This document shows positions 41,347 through 44,763 of a DNA stretch of 44,763 bases, one piece after another. The notes below the pieces were generated by a model. It was not told the DNA's origin. It worked only from the letters and a program-made list of their open reading frames with translations, and did no database searches. The position numbers were made by a program, and so were the translations under genes. Origin of the DNA: an uncultured archaeon (GTDB taxonomy: Archaea; Aenigmatarchaeota; Aenigmatarchaeia; Aenigmatarchaeales; JACQIB01); the NCBI GenBank assembly GCA_964372405.1, contig CAYJQM010000001.1:1-44763 (forward strand). Direction: 5' to 3'. Position 1 is the stretch's first letter, and each line of letters starts with the position of its first letter.

Positions 41347-41484
41347 TTAGTTTAGCTGAAATCCTTCTTCTGGATTAGGTCGTCTTTTCTTAGGAAATAT
41401 ATCCGGTTCCATGTCGGCATCGCAATTTGCGTAATTAAAAGAAAAGGTTTCTTCGAAAACTACATCGAAGTTCGGTTCGGGCAT
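41347..41484 (-). CDS. 45-aa acidic micro-protein (MPEPNFDVVFEETFSFNYANCDADMEPDIFPKKRRPNPEEGFQLN)
   Basis: ATG at 41482-41484, TAA at 41347-41349. A TATA-like GCTTATATTCC box (41503-41513, minus strand) lies about 20 nt upstream. It is below the ORF-track cutoff and matches no recognised family. Confidence 0.25.
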   Translation of the reverse strand: MPEPNFDVVFEETFSFNYANCDADMEPDIFPKKRRPNPEEGFQLN

Positions 41485-41534
41485 GAATTTAATGTGTCAA
41501 AAAGGAATATAAGCATATGTATTCTGTAGTTTTT

Positions 41535-41583
41535 ACTTTCCTACGGTAATCGTAGCGTAGGAAAGTGTGTTAACGAAGTTAAC
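41535..41583. terminator. hairpin cluster downstream of pyrG: ACTTTCCTACG..CGTAGGAAAGT (11-bp stem) and GTTAAC-GAA-GTTAAC
   Basis: Stem 41535-41545 pairs with 41556-41566; the loop contains a nested CTACG/CGTAG alternative. The second hairpin is at 41569-41583 with a GAA loop closed by C-G. Confidence 0.5.
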
Positions 41584-41601
41584 TTCATTTTCCTGCAGTA
41601 A

Positions 41602-43368
41602 CTATTTTGTCTCAAGCTTCTGGAAAACAAATGGAGGGGTCGGTAAATCCAATTTTACTGTCTTGCAAGCTTCTGCGAAGCCTAAGAACAGCGGGTTCGG
41701 GTATTTGTAGTTGCTTGTGAATTCTGGGTGAGCTTGTGTTGCAACAGAAAACGGATGGTCCTTCCAAGAAATCATTTCTATCAACATAGTTCCGTCTGCC
41801 GAGTAGTGTACACCGGGGAAAAGCATCCCCTTTTCCTGTAAAGCTCTATGAAAAGATGGATTTACTTCGTATCGATGCCTGTGTCGTTCTAATATTACAA
41901 AGTCTGCAGGAGCTATTTGCCCTAGGCGAAGTTTGTCATAATTCTGTAATTTTTGTTTTTCATATTCGTCAGGTCTTCCAATCTTTTCGTAAAGTGCGTG
42001 GACAAAAGAACTTTTGTCAATTATGCAAGCAAAGTCTCCAAGTCGTTGGGTTCCGATGAAGCCTTGTGTTTGTCTCAACTTTTCCTGCTCGGGCAACCTG
42101 CAAATGACATGAGCATTTCTATCTGGGCAATCCTTATCTTCGTCCATTTCTTCGCTGTGTGCATTTACTACGCCGCATGCATTTCTAGCAAATTCAACTA
42201 CACCCATTTGCAATCCTAAGCATAATCCTAAGAATGGCACACCGTTTTCTCTCGCATATTTTATTGCGGTAATTTTACCTTCCAAGCCGCGTGACCCGTA
42301 GCCACCAGGAACAATTATTCCTGCCATCTTTTTCAAAACTGATTGATCCTTTTCAATTGTTACTGCATCGATTCTGTGTATTTCCGGTAAGAATCCTATT
42401 TCAATACAAGCTCTTGTCAAAGCCTCTTCGACAGAAATATAGGCATCCCTATGAATTCCTTTTCCTTCTGCGACATATTTGCCAATGTAGGCAATTGGAA
42501 TTCTCTCAACGGTTGCGTTCAACTTTTGCAAGTAGGAATCGTAATTATTCCAATTAACTGTGCTAACGGGAATTTTCAATGCGTTAACAAGTTTTTGTCC
42601 TAGTAGTTGCTGTTCGAATACAACAGGCATTTCGTAAACAAATGCTAAGTCTGGGTCTGCAATAATGTTTTCTTTAGGAACGTTGCAGTATAAACTTAAT
42701 TTCTCCTTTCTTTTTGTATCGAGCATCATTTCATGCGGAGCTCTTACTACTACAAAGTCTGCTGCAAGCCCAAACTCGTTCAATGCGCGCACAGCGTTTT
42801 GTGCGATTTTGGTTTTCGGTTCGCCAACGCTTTCATTGAAAACCAATGGAACTAAAACAACAATAACGGCTTCTTCCTTGTCCTTGTGAACCATACTTTC
42901 AATTGCTCGCAAGAAAATTATCGATTCGTCATCTCCTATTGTTCCGCCGACTTCTACAACTGCCACATCTGCGTCTTTTGCAGCTTCTCTTATGAAAATT
43001 TTATGTTCGTCTCTTATGTGAGGTATTACCTGTATGCTTTTACCCAAGAATTGCCCTTTCCTACCCTTCTCAATTGCAGAAAGGAAAACTTTTCCTGAAG
43101 TTATGTTTTGGATTTTTTGGCATGGTTGTGCAGTAAATCTTTCGTAATGACCAAAGTCTTGGTCAATTTCTCCACCATCTTCTGTTACAAACACTTCCCC
43201 ATGTTCGTTCGGGTTCATGTCGCCTGCACCCAAATTAAAATAGGGATCAATTTTAATCGGTTTTACTTTTAGTCCATAATTTTGCAGAAGTTTTGTGATC
43301 GATGCTACCAGCACTCCTTTTCCGAGTCCTGAGTATCCTCCACCAAGAACAAATATGTATTTGGGCAT
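41602..43368 (-). CDS. pyrG: CTP synthase
   Basis: MPKYIFVLGGGYSGLGKG.. is the synthetase domain. The glutaminase domain has ..GLCLGLQ.. (catalytic Cys) and ..HRHRYEVN.. . ATG at 43368 is preferred over TTG at 43374. Confidence 0.9.
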   Translation of the reverse strand: MPKYIFVLGGGYSGLGKGVLVASITKLLQNYGLKVKPIKIDPYFNLGAGDMNPNEHGEVFVTEDGGEIDQDFGHYERFTAQPCQKIQNITSGKVFLSAIEKGRKGQFLGKSIQVIPHIRDEHKIFIREAAKDADVAVVEVGGTIGDDESIIFLRAIESMVHKDKEEAVIVVLVPLVFNESVGEPKTKIAQNAVRALNEFGLAADFVVVRAPHEMMLDTKRKEKLSLYCNVPKENIIADPDLAFVYEMPVVFEQQLLGQKLVNALKIPVSTVNWNNYDSYLQKLNATVERIPIAYIGKYVAEGKGIHRDAYISVEEALTRACIEIGFLPEIHRIDAVTIEKDQSVLKKMAGIIVPGGYGSRGLEGKITAIKYARENGVPFLGLCLGLQMGVVEFARNACGVVNAHSEEMDEDKDCPDRNAHVICRLPEQEKLRQTQGFIGTQRLGDFACIIDKSSFVHALYEKIGRPDEYEKQKLQNYDKLRLGQIAPADFVILERHRHRYEVNPSFHRALQEKGMLFPGVHYSADGTMLIEMISWKDHPFSVATQAHPEFTSNYKYPNPLFLGFAEACKTVKLDLPTPPFVFQKLETK

Positions 43369-43423
43369 ATGCAATTATGCTAAGACATAAATAAATAGTT
43401 TTGTATTATGTCGAAAGAGGATT

Positions 43424-43717
43424 TCAAATTCCAATCAAAGACCTTAAGGCCTTGAAAAACATCAGTACGATAGTTATCCAAAACAACCAACTGGGTAATG
43501 TTAATGAGAAAAGAAGCGTTGTCCCTATTATAATGTCAACCAAATCCATCCAGATGAAAAAATAGCCAGCCAGCAAGGACGACAGCGCCGACCAAACGCC
43601 CTTTATCAGGATTATCGTACCAAGAATTATTGCAAGCCCACCTAAAAATTCTGGAAGAAGTAAAGTTAATGCACCTAGAATGTCAACAATTCCAAACAGC
43701 GCAAAAATGATGCTCAT
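43424..43717 (-). CDS. small integral membrane protein (3 predicted TM helices)
   Basis: Hydrophobic 97-aa ORF, 4 nt downstream of the radical SAM gene on the same strand. Confidence 0.55.
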   Translation of the reverse strand: MSIIFALFGIVDILGALTLLLPEFLGGLAIILGTIILIKGVWSALSSLLAGYFFIWMDLVDIIIGTTLLFSLTLPSWLFWITIVLMFFKALRSLIGI

Positions 43718-43721
43718 AGCA

Positions 43722-44738
43722 TCACCTGTAATTTAACGGCGTTACTTCAAAATCCCAAGGCTCTGCACTTGGATATTCTTCAACAATTGCCACTTTAAAT
43801 GGGATTTTGCTTGCCAGTCCTTCCGCATCTTTTACTGAAAGCTCTATTCGATTTTTATTGTCGTAGACGACAAAATTATTTTTACCTACTAATCTTTCCA
43901 TTTCGCTGCTAATTTTCTTTAGGTCGTCACCAAAAATTATTCCTTTAAGCAGGAAGCCGTTGTCAGTTACTCCTTCAAAAGGTTTCTTCACATTTGTTGC
44001 ACGATTAATCAAACGATTTCGCAGCTGGTAGTTAAGCTTCAGTGCAGCAGTGCAAAAATGAACAGTAAGGCTTTTGCCGCGTGCATACTTCAAGGCTTTC
44101 AGTGCAGCTTCGTAGCTGCCGTCTATCGCTGTAAGCGTTCCATCTTTCTGGAAGAAACCTTTCATTTCAATCCTGTCGTTATTGCGTTCGCTGAATTCCA
44201 GCTCATTGAGATTTAGCGTATCAACGTTGTTTGCATCAAGGAAGTCTATAAGTTCAAAAACTTTCTTTTCTTCTCCAGGTATGCATGGTATTTCCATTCC
44301 TACTTTCCAGGGGAATTTTCTTGCTATTGGAACTTTGTCTTTGTAAATATGAAAGCGAATTTCATCCAATCCGGCTTCGTAAAGCATTTTCATTTTTGCT
44401 TCATCCAGTTGCCATCCGCTTGTGTACATGTGAATGTGGAAATTTTTGCCAAAATTGCTTTTCAGAAGTTTGATGTAATGTATGACGCGATCCAAGAATG
44501 CAGCAGGCTCGCCTCCGGTTATTCCTGCTCCTGTTGCACCGCAGGCTTTAGCTTCTGCAATAACGTCTTCATCAGTTTTTACAGGTCTTTCGTTCGCGTA
44601 AATGTCGTCTTTCTGCCAGCGATTATGAGATATTGTGCAATACCAACAATCCAAAGGGCATACACCACTTACAAATAGAACCATCTTTCTTCCGGCTATA
44701 CACGATCCGCATCCCTGAGATATTTTTCCTACTGCCAA
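43722..44738 (-). CDS. radical SAM protein (archaeal PflA-related, COG2108-like)
   Basis: ..CGSCIAGRKMVLFVSGVCPLDCWYCTIS.. carries the CxxxCxxC motif. ..GITGGEP.. is the SAM-binding GGE motif. Confidence 0.75.
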   Translation of the reverse strand: MAVGKISQGCGSCIAGRKMVLFVSGVCPLDCWYCTISHNRWQKDDIYANERPVKTDEDVIAEAKACGATGAGITGGEPAAFLDRVIHYIKLLKSNFGKNFHIHMYTSGWQLDEAKMKMLYEAGLDEIRFHIYKDKVPIARKFPWKVGMEIPCIPGEEKKVFELIDFLDANNVDTLNLNELEFSERNNDRIEMKGFFQKDGTLTAIDGSYEAALKALKYARGKSLTVHFCTAALKLNYQLRNRLINRATNVKKPFEGVTDNGFLLKGIIFGDDLKKISSEMERLVGKNNFVVYDNKNRIELSVKDAEGLASKIPFKVAIVEEYPSAEPWDFEVTPLNYR

Positions 44739-44763
44739 GCTTTCTCCTGGGGTTTCCTGAATT

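Noticed and set aside
1-44763. Search for tRNA, rRNA, transposase, integrase, reverse transcriptase (DGR) or cas genes.
   Set aside because: No intergenic stretch is long or GC-rich enough for a tRNA cloverleaf. No ORF shows DDE, tyrosine-recombinase, RT or Cas motifs. The LTD surface protein has no template or variable repeat pair in the window.

Overview
AT-rich, very gene-dense segment of about 45 ORFs, with short or overlapping intergenic regions. It reads as archaeal: HMf-type histone, AglB/STT3 oligosaccharyltransferase, Cdc48/VAT, RadB, short beta-CASP RNase, Nog1 GTPase and type-2 Met aminopeptidase. TATA-like boxes sit about 25-30 nt upstream of first-gene start codons (leaderless style), and GGTGA Shine-Dalgarno sites sit inside operons. 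The reduced housekeeping set plus heavy investment in surface glycosylation suggests a small-genome, DPANN-like archaeon; this is inference, with no marker rRNA present. Layout: (i) 1-13.9 kb is a glycosylation island with an RmlD-like fragment, CDP-sugar 3-dehydrase E1, five GT2/GT1 enzymes, an epimerase-like protein, an AglH-type GlcNAc-1-P transferase, two ArnT/PMT-like GT-C proteins and AglB. (ii) 14-36 kb is housekeeping: Nog1, NIF3, Hsp20, RtcA, beta-CASP RNase, TyrRS, SerRS, Rieske protein, topoisomerase IA, RadB, Cdc48, DUF3467, histone, permease, MetAP, a corrinoid-related trio, Lhr helicase and EndoIII. (iii) 36-44.8 kb holds a sequon-rich lamin-tail-domain surface protein, ADP-forming acyl-CoA synthetase alpha, a B12-radical SAM enzyme, CTP synthase and a second radical SAM protein. 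I recognised no rRNA, tRNA, CRISPR array, transposase or integrase. The most unusual signal is a ~96-nt cassette present twice, 36 kb apart and in opposite orientation (3672-3767 and 39720-39817). It consists of two direct copies of an SD+ATGA module flanking a 19-22 codon micro-ORF, placed exactly at gene junctions or starts, and it can form mutually exclusive helices over the two start codons. Other points: Cdc48 and its downstream DUF3467 neighbour share a C-terminal SRYIG tail; intergenic hairpins are built on the GCGAAGC mini-hairpin core; one B12-radical SAM gene is internally deleted but still in frame; and two TATA-preceded acidic micro-ORFs fall below the ORF-track cutoff. All homology calls rest on motif recognition by eye; no searches were run.
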